NCBI GenBank assembly: GCA_004022145.1 | Contig: RCNU01000001.1 | Length of the DNA stretch: 64,000 nucleotides | Direction: 5' to 3' (one strand) | From: Paecilomyces variotii | Taxonomy: Eukaryota | Shown: positions 1-11,877 of the stretch, in pieces | How positions within the stretch are numbered: the first letter of the stretch is position 1 | Layout of the letters: each line of letters begins with the position of its first letter | The notes under the pieces: generated by a model | The model's input: only the letters and a program-made list of their open reading frames with translations | Database searches by the model: none | Told to the model about the DNA's origin: nothing | Translations under genes and position numbers: made by a program

Positions 1-1073
1 TTCGATCTTGATAATCTTGCATGAACGCCCACGCCCTACGTGCGCGCGTCGTAAAAAGCTCCGGGACTTATTCTAAAATAGTTTCTTTTTTAGAGGATCG
101 TTCTGTGGGGTGCAGCGTCTAACCCTGCACGAGTTACAGGATAGCCCAAGTCCATGGAAATGCTTCACTGGTTTGGCCCCCTTTTTATCTCCGGAAGAAT
201 TGTCTCTCTCCCAAACAGCAAGAATAATAAGGGGGTCAAGCAGAAACCTTTTAGTTTGCGTCAAATTGTGCTTCTATCTTGTTCCTTTCTAAGATATACA
301 TACTACATAGTCATACGGAGTATCCTCGGACGTGATCCGCGCCGGGCCGTTCTAAAACGAGCCGAACCGTGCGGTTGGTGCCCAATATTAGCAGATCAAC
401 CTGTATCAACCCCTTCCATACCCAATCTCTTACCCAGATAGGGTACCTTTTACGTATACCTAGGTAGCTTATTTCTCGTTTTTATTCCCGCATGAGGATC
501 CACAAGGATACCATCTCCGCGTCCGTAGGACTGCTGTGGAACTGTAGACCTCTTTTTTGGAGTTTCCGGGAGCCTCCTACTTGTGCCTGAGCAGCGGGAT
601 CCTGGCACCGAGGACATGGTCCCCGGTAAGGATTTTCGTCGCGCTAGTTTTTCTCTTCTGTTCGTGCGTGGCTGAGTACGAAGGGAGGGGGATCATCATG
701 ATCCGGGCTCCGGACCGGTGGTCTCTTGATGGATCCGTGTGTATATATTCTAGAAGCTGGCCCCGAAAAGAGAACGGATAACGGTTCTAGGATTATACTG
801 GCTGAATTGTTATTACTGTTATTGATCTACTATGGTTACTCCAGTGGTCTGGTCGGCGATGTCGCCGTGGAGGTAAGGCTTGTATCTTCATCTTCTATCT
901 GATTGTCTCCTGAAGAAGGGAGGACACTCTCTTGATGCGAACTGCGACTTACAGTTACTGAAAGCAGCACGGTTTGAAGCACATGCTCAACATGTGAACG
1001 AAGCAGCACGCTGGGCGTGAAGTACAAACTTCCAGCAACTGAAAACCGTCTTTACGACATACCATTTCCGCCT

Positions 1074-1667
1074 ATGGCAATCTCCCCATCAGACTTGGAA
1101 AAGGCCATCATGTCTGAAGTGAGTAGGCCACCTTCATTATCGCCTGACTTACTACCCCTTCTGTTGCTTCCATCTCATTGTCCTCGATAATCAGAGTCAA
1201 CGTTGCTAACCCCCGCATAGAGGTTCGGAATTCAATTCGAAACCGCCGAAACCTACCTTGTAGGGACGAAATCGCAGCATATCCGCGTATCCTTCGATGA
1301 GCTCATGAGCTTCTTCGGAGGTGTCGTCGCGCTCCTCGACTACGGAGTGACATGGCGCGTCATCAAGGGCGTCCTCCAGAGATGGCGTCGACCCGGATGG
1401 AACGAGCTGGAGGGATCTGATCCCGTTTGGGTCGACAATTCAGGACCGCTCTACTACGAGATACGCCATGGTCCTGATTCTATCAAGGTCTCCCCGTCCG
1501 ACCTGGAGAGCTCTCGGTTCGGCATGGTAATCAAGAGACAATGGGATGATGGAATGAATGCAATGGGCAATTTATGGATGACTAAGATTGTCATCCAGGC
1601 ACTGTTGTCTGGACTGTGCAGAAAGACATTGGGATATCTTCGCTTGAAGAGTATTGGAGGGTTGTGA
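1074..1667 (+). CDS. Small hypothetical protein with an internal SPSDLE..RFG repeat (2-3 exons)
   Basis: ATG at 1074; intron 1119-1220 (GTGAGT..GCTAAC..CATAG) joins MAISPSDLEKAIMSE in frame to the 1305-1667 ORF; possible second in-frame intron 1527-1598. Confidence 0.55.
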
Positions 1668-2240
1668 GGACACGATTTGATCTATAGTTATCATGTTGGA
1701 TGATTGGCGTTGGGAAATAGCATGGCTGGCTGGCTGGTTGATTCTGGGTGCGGTCCATTCCAGTTTCCATACTCTTATTGTCTATCCTTGACGGGCATTT
1801 TCCTCCCGCCATTGAAGGTCCCACAACAGATTCGAAGATACGAATTCTGAATACGGAGTATTCACAGCTGTATCGGAGAAAGCTTCCGGGTAGTTGGTCC
1901 ACTTTGCGTGATCTTCGACGATGCCGCCCCTATTATTATATTAGTGTTATTATTTACTAGAGTCTAAGTGTAGTGTATACATATATTTCAGACTAGACCC
2001 GATCGAGCCCACCGGTGGGCCTGAACTCAATTTCCCGCGTGGCCCAAGTTGCAGTTACATGATTGGCTGGTTGCTGGTTGACCTAATCAGGCAAATTTCT
2101 TCACATCGCGAAACTCATCACGATCCCCTCTTCACAGCAGAGACACAGAAGACTGCTTCGTCAAGCTTCAGGCGTTCCGTCACATTTTGTGGATTGCGCT
2201 TGAAAGCAGACTCGGAAATTGACGGTCTGGACCACTTACG

Positions 2241-3974
2241 ATGGCTGCAGATCTTATCGCCGAGCACGGCCTAGAAGGCCAAGAAGACCAAGACGACCTG
2301 CGAAACTATGCAGGATCCGTCTCGGATGACGACGATGCGCAATTGCGAAACTTGGGATACAAGTCAGTTCTCGAGCGAAGCTGGGGCGCATTCGATAATT
2401 TTGCCTGTTCCTTCTCGGCTCTGTACTGCATTGGAGGTATTCGCGTGCTTTTCTACATATCGCTCAGTGCGGGCGGACCAGCTGCAATGTAGGACACCTT
2501 GTGACAGTGGAGCGAATCTAGAGTACATGAGCTAACGGACATCACTACTAACAGGTGGAGTTCTTGGGTTTCCGGAAGTATCCTCTCGATCATCACCGCA
2601 GCCACTCTTGCAGAGGCGTGCTCAGCCTACCCCGCGGCGGGGTCCATTTACTACTGGGCATTCAGATCTTGGGGAGGTGGCCGACTGGGACGTTTTGTCT
2701 CGTTTCTCGTCGCCTCTTGGACACTGGTAGCATGGACGTCCTTCCTGGCATCTGACTCCTTCGGTGTCGCCAACTACCTGGTCTCGGAGGTAGTCGTGTT
2801 TAATAAGGATACGACCTTTCCGTATGACGCTTCCGACGTCAAGGCACGAGCCGTGGCTTGGGCTTTCTCCCTGCTGTTCCTGGCTATTGCTACCTCGCTG
2901 AATTTCCTCCACCCTCGATACTACTCTTGGGTGTTCCGTGCAGGCGTCATTATTATCATTATCGATATGTTGCTGAACTTCATTTGGTTGCCCATTGGGG
3001 TGTCCAAGACGTATGGATTCCAGAGCGCGGAGTTCGTCTTCACGTCGACGTATAACGGCGGTGGCACGAGCCCTGGTCTGAACTGGGTTCTGTCGTGGTT
3101 TATGGTCTCGAGTTGCCTAGTCGGTGAAGACGCCTCTGGCCACGTCGCGGAGGAGACCGTCACTGCGAAGAAAGCTGCTGCCAAGGGCGTTTTCTGGGCA
3201 ACCGTCTCATCAGCACTCTGCGGGTTCCCAATCATTATCGTCTTTCTGTTTTGCATGCCGCCCATCGAGACGTTCTACAACACCGGCGCGCCGCAACCGT
3301 TTATCAACATGTATGCGATGGCTCTCGGTCCGCATGCGCATGTGGTCATGACTATCGTCGCCATGATAGGTGCCATTCTCAATACTTCCATCTCTATTGT
3401 CGCGGTCTCCCGACTTGTCTTTGCCATTGCACGTGATTCAGTCTTCCCCTTCAGCGATGTCCTCCGTCGAGTTTCGAAGGACAAGCAGCCTCACAACGCT
3501 GTCATCTTCATCTCGACAATTGCGGCACTATTGCTATGCACTCAGTTGCCCTCGCAAGTCGCTTTCTCCAGTCTGACATCGACTTCAGCGGCTGGTTCTA
3601 TTGCTGCGTATGGACTGGTCGGTTTCGGCCGCGCCTTCGTGACGCGGAAGACGTTCCAGCCCAACTTCTGGGATCTAGGACGATTTGGAGTCATCCTGGC
3701 TGTTGTGACGTTTCTCTGGAACGGTTTTTCCTTCGCTGTCCTGTGTTCGCCGCAGTACAGCGACAGTCAGATTGACCAAGATTCGGGTTTGTTCAACTAT
3801 GCAATCGTGATCATGGGTGGTGTTTCTGTGATTGCGATTGAGGAGTGGTGGAGAAAGTCACAGAACGATTGGTTCGGTCATCTGAACAAGGTCGAGTCCA
3901 GTTCGCAGATTACGATACAGGAAACCCAGATGGAGAAAACGAACCAACCTACTTCCGTGGCGGCTGCCGTTTAG
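2241..3974 (+). CDS. APC-superfamily permease (Uga4/Tpo5/Thi9-like), probable thiamine or thiamine-precursor transporter
   Basis: Exons 2241-2488 and 2555-3974 (intron GTAGGA..CTAACAG); LGYK..L.R, GGPAAMWSSW, AEACSAYPAAG and DASGHVAEET motifs; many hydrophobic segments; TPP aptamer downstream. Confidence 0.9.
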
Positions 3975-4120
3975 ATTCGTTTTCGGATTTTTATTATTTG
4001 GGACGCCACAAGCGATTGTGTGGATGGTGGAATACTAACTATACTAATGAGAGCCCTTACGCCAGAAAGAGGAGGAGTATATACCAGGGAGAGAAAAAAA
4101 AAGGGCAGACCTTGGCAAGG

Positions 4121-4272
4121 GTAAGTATCAGACTAGTATGCAGCATGACGGGTGTTCGAGACTTGCTTAGCATGACTCGTTCTGAGATATACCGTTGAAC
4201 TTGATCTGGATAATACCAGCGAAAGGACATGCTTCATACTTCCTCATCTTCTCTGTTCCCTTTCTTCTCTAG
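4121..4272 (+). other. Predicted 3'-UTR intron that contains the riboswitch
   Basis: Perfect donor AGG|GTAAGT at 4121; long pyrimidine tract ending in TCTAG at 4272; starts 147 nt after the stop codon; branch site not clearly canonical. Confidence 0.7.
4142..4233 (+). ncRNA. TPP (THI-box) riboswitch aptamer in the 3' region of the permease
   Basis: P1 AGCATG/CATGCT; ACGGGTG; CTGAGA; ATACCGT-TGAAC-TTGAT-CTGGATAATACCAG-CGAAAGG matches the eukaryotic TPP aptamer consensus. Confidence 0.95.
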
Positions 4273-4769
4273 TGGGCTTTAAGCTGTTGCCCAGGAGTGG
4301 TTAAGCACTCCATGTTACTAACCGGCTCTGCCAGCAGCGGAAAATGGGTCTATGACTTCTGCGCTCTGTGGTCGTCTACAAACCCATTCCCCTTCTCCCG
4401 CCTGGTACTCCGCTAACTGTATCTCGAAGAGCCCGACTGTATTATGCGCCTGAAGGTAAGTGAGTCCTTGTAGCGGCATCTTTGGCTCGTAGAGACAAGA
4501 CCAAGCCTTGTTATCGCACACAGCTCGGAAGTCATCCCGTTCCCATTCCCATTCCCGTAAACATCAAACAGAAGTCCAGTAATATCCAGCAGGTCACAAA
4601 TTCGCAGAATAATGAACATATATTTTCACTAGCGATACATGAAATTTCTAGACACCAAAGCCGGAACGTTCCCATTTGAACTCTATCAGACTCTATTAGT
4701 AAGACAAAGGGGACCTCTATTTCACACATGCGTATGTACAGTACAGATTCTCGAAGATCGACAGAGCCA

Positions 4770-4807
4770 GCTAGCTAGATGCTAGCTAGATGCTAGCTAG
4801 ATGCTAG
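4770..4807. repeat. Short tandem repeat (GCTAGCTAGAT) about x3
   Basis: Read directly, just downstream of the carboxylesterase stop codon. Confidence 0.8.
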
Positions 4808-4811
4808 AGAT

Positions 4812-6772
4812 TCACGCGGAACAAGCGCTATCATATACCTGCGGGTTAACGAATGATGCATTCGGCATATTTCCGTAACCGAGACGGATGAGGGTGTTGG
4901 CTAATAGAAATAAAAGGTCAATGTTAGTTATAACTGTCCAAAAAGAAACGACCCCCTCTCACACACAATAGCTGGAAGGATGAACTAGGAATGAACCAGA
5001 CAGCGAGCACATACCACTAGGATTAAAAACCGGCCACCCAAGCCTCTCCAACCCCTTCTGCGGATCCGCCACAAACGCAGCCCAAGCGCGTTGCATCACC
5101 CTCTTCAACTGCGTCTGGGGCTTCGATTCCGGAATCCCTGTAAAATCAGCAGAGTTGCCGAAGATCATATTCATATCGACACCATGATACGCGCCGCTAG
5201 TCGGGTAATATAGACGGGTGTTGTCCCAGTCTGCGAAATAGCGGAATCGCCAGGTAGGAACGCCTGCGCGGATGTGGTTCGTTGCTTCTTCCATTGTGGG
5301 ACAGGTGAAGGTTTGGATGTTGAAGTCTGTCCAGTCTGCTTCGCTGAGGTTGGCGCCTTGGGCGTAGGCGGCGATTTTGTAGAAGCCGGCTTCGTTGTCG
5401 TTGTGGCCGACGAGGTAGGGCTGGGTAGGTGGTTTTATTAGGTTAGTTTGTTTGTTTTCTGGATGATGCTTGCTAATGTATTGAGATTCTTTGGGGAGGG
5501 GAGGGAGGAAGGATTTACCAGATGGGCGAAGCTGCCGTTGGCAGATCGGGTCTCGTAGTCGTCAAAGATAGTCACTCCGTCTACAGTCGGTTCGAAGACG
5601 GGCTGCTTGCGAGCAACAGAAGTAGCTGGTGGTGGTTTAATCTTGCCTGCAGCTGCTAGGATATCGGCAACGCTCTTCTGTCGCATGCAAGGTAGGACAT
5701 CGCCCGAAGTGCCACAGCCGAGGAGGTTCGAGACGTTGTACCAGTTCTGAGTTGACAGCTCCTGCGAGTTGACGGGGAAGCTGAAGACAGTTCCCGAATG
5801 AGAGATCAAGCCGGCGACAATGGGATCCTTGGTATAGGCATAGGGCCAGTAACCCACGGAAGCACTACCGCATGACTGGCCGGAGATGACGATCTTGGTG
5901 GGATCACCGCCAAAAGCCCTGATGTTGTCTCTCAGCCACTCGACGGCCTTGCGCTGGTCGAGAAGACCGAGGTTCGAGGGCTGGTTAGGGATACCAGGGA
6001 AGCCGAAGATGTTCATGCGGTAATTGACGGTGACGACAATGATATCCTCGGCATCAGCGAGATACCCTCCATAGTAAAAAGATGTATCAGTGGTGCCGCT
6101 GGTCCATCCTGTTTTTTTTTTTTTTTTTCTTGGTTAGTCTTTGTTTTTGACACTTGAATGTTCAAATGGGTATCGACTTACTGCCGCCGTAGAAATGAAC
6201 CAAGACCGGTTTAGGCTTCCGGGAGCTGGTTGATTTGGTCCAAATGTTCAAACTCAAACAGTCCTCGCTCTGGGTGTTGTTATTGACCGCAGCGAATGCC
6301 TCAAAGATGCGATCGAACTGGGCAGTTTTGTTCGGATAATTTACCAACGAGGAGTGAGTGTATGGACAATCACTGTGACAAATAGTCAATATCAAGCTCG
6401 CCTATTTTAGATAATGTCGGGAAATTCTTACGCTCCCTGTAGAACGCGTTAGCAGACGGGAAAAAAAGAAAGAAAAAATATTATTTGCGCCCAGGGAATA
6501 GAAATCATATCAGAATATTACCAGTTTCAACTTACATAGTTCGCAGCCACGTAGGGTTTCCGTCCCTGATAACTCTGGGGTGCAGCAAACCGCAGATCGC
6601 CCACTGGAGGCGCCGCATAAGGAATCCCCAGATATTCAGTCACGTCAGGACTCTTCGATGCCCTGTGGCCAGTGATTGGTCCATTAGACGTTGAGACAGT
6701 GAATTCTGATACAGTCCGGGCCAAGACAGGAGCGAAGAGGCCCAGAAAGGGCAGCAGAATGTGGAGCTGCAT
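4812..6772 (-). CDS. Secreted type-B carboxylesterase/lipase (6 exons)
   Basis: Signal peptide; YLGIPYAAPPVGDLRF, SEDCLSLNIW, VTVNYRMNIFGF, FGGDP, nucleophile GQSCG, NDNE, GAYHG; exons 6772-6536, 6436-6432, 6372-6182, 6108-5519, 5420-5015, 4900-4812. Confidence 0.92.
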
Positions 6773-7832
6773 TGATCAACGAGCAGGCCGACCAGGCACA
6801 CAGCAACGACGGATTTGCTCTCTCACAACGTGGCCAGCGGAGACCTTAGTTTTTGTAGATCAAGGACCTCCCGGACAAACACCCTGTGGCTTGGGAATGA
6901 TATCGAACGGGAAAAACCATCCAGTTCTAAGTTTTTCGAGTACTTGGCTAGACCGTCCGCTAGGGAGAAAAACTTCGAAGGGGTCGCGCTGTTTTGCCAA
7001 TGATAGAGGCAAGTTAGGGCGCCTCCATGGGCTCCATTCGTGAGGCTGGAGTCTCGCACAGTCCAACAGATCGCGCGGGCAAAAAAGGCTGAGCGAAGCT
7101 AATGAATTCCTTCCATGTTCTCGGTGTTCTTTTCCCCTCTCCTGGCCTGTGCTCGCTGTGACCCAGTCGAGATCGGCATCTGATCGGCTCTATGCTCGTG
7201 GAGGACGATATGTAATCCCTTGGAACCCCGCAGATACCTATCGGCCGGCGGTCCCGGACGACAAGACAGGAGCAGAGAATAATTAGAACATGTTCAACCA
7301 GGATAGTATTTCTTACCGGCGACCATGATGTGCATAACTCTTCCTGATCCCTCCTTTGTGCGGACCCCGAACGCCCAGACTATTGGGGCCGAAGAATAAA
7401 AAAAAACATCACCGGATATGGATAGTGGAATCCATTTCCACTTACTATTAAAGTTCTCGATCTCTCTCCCACGGTTCCATCCGATCCTAAAACCCAATAG
7501 AGCTCGTAGATCAAACTGCCCGGTGGATACAAATTATCTCAGAACAGAAAGAAAGTGAGCAAGGCTTGATTCTTGGGACGTGGTAGACCCGAATTTAATC
7601 CGTTTTTGCCCTGGACGCCACCAGCGACAGCCCCTACCTGAGTCGGCTTGATATAGAGAGAGCTTGAGTCGCTCACATCCTCACGCGAAGCCTGTTGTCC
7701 TATGGAGTTTTTTCTACCATAGCAGGCTCTGCTCGTGGAGGTCGTCTCCCCTACGCAGCAAAGTCCGCTTCGTCTGCGCTCTCCCTCGACCACGTATCTG
7801 GCCCAGGATCAAAAGAGGCCTTCCCATCGATC

Positions 7833-9360
7833 ATGGTCAACTATGGCCAGAGCACGCCAGGGGTGCCCGATCGAGGATATGTCCTCTACATCACGGCCCT
7901 AGTGATGGTTCTGGTGGCGTCTCTCTTCGTAGGCGCTCGGATCGGATCGAGGATCTATACTGGACGTCTGGGAGTAGATGATGCCACCATCATCGCAGCA
8001 TTGGTACGCGACCTTCCGATTGTCTAGCATACTTGTTAGTGAAAAATGGCCTAATTGATCGAATAGGCCTGCTCGGTCCTGGTAACTGCGACAATAAATA
8101 TGGGTATGTCTTTCATTCCACGCGAAAGAAACTCCATTCATAACATCTAGTACTAACAACGATTGACAACAGCCGTCGTGAGCGGGTATGGCCGCCACCT
8201 CAGTAACCTTACAGTATCGCAGAAGAGGAAAGCCTTCGAGGTACGTCAATTCCTTGGACCTTATACCTATCTCCCTCCCTTTGTCGAACTATACCATCTA
8301 TACATGAACAACAATCTAATCGACACCGCTTAGTGGTTCTTCATCGCCCAAATCTTCTACAAACTCGTCCTCGGCTTCACCAAATTCTCCATCGTATGGC
8401 TCTACCTTCGGATTTTCATCACGAAAGGCTTCCAGATCATAGGAAAGATCTTCCTCGTCCTCATCACACTCTGGGCCATCGGCACTATGCTAGCGACTAT
8501 CCTGCAATGCATCCCTATCCAAGCTTCATGGGATAAATCGGTTAAGAATCCAAAATGCATCAACAAGGATGCCTTTTGGTATGCCTTTGCGGCAACTAAT
8601 ACCGTTACTGACTTTGCGATTTTTCTCCTTCCTATCTATCCGGCTATGAAGTTGCAATTGAATAAACGAGAGAAGATTGGTCTCCTGGCTGTTTTTGCTA
8701 TGGGTGCTTTGTGAGTTACAGCAGAACAGGACATTATGCAACTGTCCATGTATAAGGAACATGCACTGACGTGATATTCTATTCCACCAGCGCCTGCACA
8801 GCAAGTATCATCAGAACAGTCGCCGTGTCGCAAACATCAGCGCGCGAACTCGATCTAAGCTGTAAGTCACCTCGACACACAGCCTGTGCCCCCATCCAAT
8901 ACTAACCAAACATTCAAATAATACAGGGGACTTCATCCCCCGCTCAACCTGGACCCTCGTCGAAGCCAACGTCGGAATCATCTGCGCCTGTCTCCCAACC
9001 TTACGCTACCCCCTCTCTCGTCTCTTCCCCTTTCTCTTCCGCGGCTCCGTCCGAGGCGGGATGAGCACCCGTCGAACGGGCAGCAGCCACTACGTTCTCC
9101 ACACAATATCCCGCCGTCGCGCCCATCTATCCGGATCATCGTACACTGTCCCTGGATTCACGGCCTTTGAGCAACAGAGCCAGGAGCAGATCGTCAGGAA
9201 TCCTGATCTGGAGGAAAGGGATTATCCCGGGCGTGAAAGTAGTGGTAGTGGTAGCGCTACGTCGGCTCCGAGTGGGATTACGAAGACGACGCAGGTTCAA
9301 ATTGCGTATATGGATGGGAGGCCGGTTAAGGTTAATAGTGATGCTGTAGAGGTGGTATAA
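7833..9360 (+). CDS. Pth11-like (fungal rhodopsin-domain) integral membrane protein without CFEM
   Basis: Multi-exon; ARIGSRI..LGVDD, GYGRH, KFSIVWLYLRIF, QCIPIQASWD..KC, TDFAIFLLPI, WTLVEANVGIICACLP. Confidence 0.88.
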
Positions 9361-9782
9361 TTCGATATCATATCATATGCAATAGGTTTTTGGAGTTTAC
9401 GAGTTCTTGGAAAAGTGGGAAAAAAGGGATATCATTTATGTTGGATATACGAATTAATTTAAGGGATAGGTATATATGTATGTGTCTATGTAACGAACAG
9501 AGAGAAAATATCTTGAATACTGAATAAGGAATCTATATCTATATATTATGTATATGCTGGCTTTATGTATGTAGAAATAGAAATTTCGAACTAATGTCAT
9601 CTAGCTCAGTATTGAATAAGAAACGAATGGGAATCAATCGGTGCAGCCGTAAATAACACAACATAACTTCCCCAATGCCTGGTATAGACCACTTCCATCT
9701 ATCGTGGCCATGGCGCTAAGAAGCCTCTGCTCCTTTTGATGAGTCTTATCGAAGGATCTTTCCGATGATCTGGTCTGAACAT

Positions 9783-10496
9783 CTACTTCCTGAGAAGCTT
9801 CTCCTTCAACCAGTTGGCAAGACCGTCGTTAGTAACGGACCTGCGATTCTTTTTCTTTTCTTCTTTTTCCTCCCTTTCCTTCTCTTTACCCTTCTTCGCC
9901 GCCTCGTCGAGATGGACATTGCCCTGGCCACCGCGCTGCACGTAAAATTAGATTTCATTTTCTTATCACCCCGCGAAGTCTGGAACTATGGAATTCCTAA
10001 ACAAGAGGGGCCCATGTACTTACCCCAGTGTGATAGTTTTCATCGGTAGAATTGCGGATAGCAAGTTCCGGAATCATTTCGTTGTCATGAACGGCTTTTT
10101 TGGATGGAGGGATGTGAGGAGACCCGATATTTCCCGCACCTCCGCGCTAAAAAAGGGAAAAAGGTTGGTTCGTCAGAATTGGTGGAATGAGGAGATGGCG
10201 GTATCCAGATATTGGGATTGCACTTACACCAGCGGAGTAGGCGCCGTCTCCTTGGTCTCCGACGGGGCCCTCGCGGACGATGGAGGCGTCCGCATACCTA
10301 TAAAGTCAGGTCAGCAACGGCGGCTTCTTGGCGGCTGCAGACAGACGACAGTTGGCACTTACGGAGTATCATCCTTGCCGATATTTCCGTGGCCTGAACA
10401 GATGGACTGTTAATGCACTGCTTCATAATTTATATAAAGAGCATCAGCGCAAATACCTCCTCGGCCATGGGAAACAATAGGTGTTTCACCACTCAT
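9783..10496 (-). CDS. DUF3602/Par32-like small protein with three GRGGxGN repeats (5 exons)
   Basis: Hand-spliced: MSGETPIVSHGRGGHGNIGKDDTPYADASIVREGPVGDQGDGAYSAGRGGAGNIGSS..NYHTGRGGQGNVHLDE..GLANWLKEKLLRK*; all introns GT-AG; absent from the ORF track. Confidence 0.88.
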
Positions 10497-11877
10497 ACTG
10501 AGTTGAGAGATACTTCTTCGGTTTCCAAAGAATCTATAACCTGGTTGTTGTGATTAGCACGTATCGATTTAGTTCTTGATAGATATAAGCAATTGATATG
10601 ATTTCCTGGAGATGCTGCGGAGGACATCTAGCGTTCTGAAGAGCAGATTGAGTCACGGATCAATGCGCCTGGTCTCGCAATTTATCCAGGATGTACTACT
10701 TCGCTGGTAATATGCTTCTCACAGATCTACTTGGTGAAGTAGAGAGAAGTGTCGGGGTCGTATTGATAGATTCACGCTATATCCGAGAATGCGACGAGGC
10801 TCTGACAGTAGAGGATCTGGCCCAATTGTTATGAGAAGGCATGGCGCGCACTAAAGATCTCTTCATCTTCCGAATTCCGCAGAGATATGACCTGTCTATC
10901 GTGGCCAATGACTGTATATCCAGATCTTCTGTATGTTTCCGGAACTTTTGCTCTGGCCGTAGGAGGTCTGTGCCCGACAGGCAAGAGGGCGTGGACGCGG
11001 CAGCATGGCGTATGTGAGATTTATTGAAGTGACAGGAGAGGTAAAAGTCGTTCTGTGAACAGGCGCAAAGGTAATGCGACTGTAATGCACGTGGAATGCA
11101 TGCTGTATTCATTTGGATCGATGGTGGAGGCGTGGGTTGAACTCGGGGCGCATCATATCGCATCGCATCGCATCGCGTGATCGCAGAACAGGAAAAGAAC
11201 GTAACGCCCAAGAAAATGATGACTTACCCTGCTGATTATCTAGAATGAGCTCTCAATAAACCCGCACGACTTCTCAGAACTTTCTGGTGGAATCAAGTTG
11301 TATGTAGGTACTGTATGGTAGTTGCAGTAAGTATCCAGGCATGGGGAGGGCCTGGGGTAAAAATACCCCCCCTAAGTAAGTAGCACAGGCACAGAACGAC
11401 TGGATCGAACAATGGCCAGCTCCAGCCCTATTCCGCCTCTATTCGCAGCGTGTGCAAGCGAGCTGGCTGATGGCTATCGTGGCTTACCAGAGTTAGCATC
11501 ATTTAATCAGAATTAGCATGACCCGAACAAATGACTGTGACGTCGATGTCGCTGGGCTGATAAGATACTTGAACAGCGCCGCGCTCTCTGGTTGGTCCGT
11601 CCGCTTCATTACTAAAAGCACCACGGAAGGCCAAGCGATCAGATGACCGGCCTCGGCGCGCTTTTATCTTCGACAAGATACCAAGAAGCTAATGATAATA
11701 CTAACAAGAAAGAAGGACATTCATTCGTATAGACGATCACTCTACTACTATCAACAGCACATATCCACCGATCGCAGTCGTTAATCAAACATGGCCTCTG
11801 TCTCTGTTCCGCCAACCCTCCCTCCCGGTGGAGCCACCACACGATAAGGAGGAAACCAGGGCACCGTGAGCGCAGGT

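Noticed and set aside
1-1030. Short ORFs and CCGG-rich motifs at the window start
   Set aside because: No recognisable protein, terminal repeat or RNA; treated as promoter or intergenic DNA
9765-10413. Plus-strand ORFs 9765-10049 and 9988-10413
   Set aside because: Antisense shadows of the DUF3602-like gene
10560-11211. Protein-like stretches on both strands and a (GCATC)n run
   Set aside because: Interrupted by stops with no motif or splice structure; too weak to call a pseudogene
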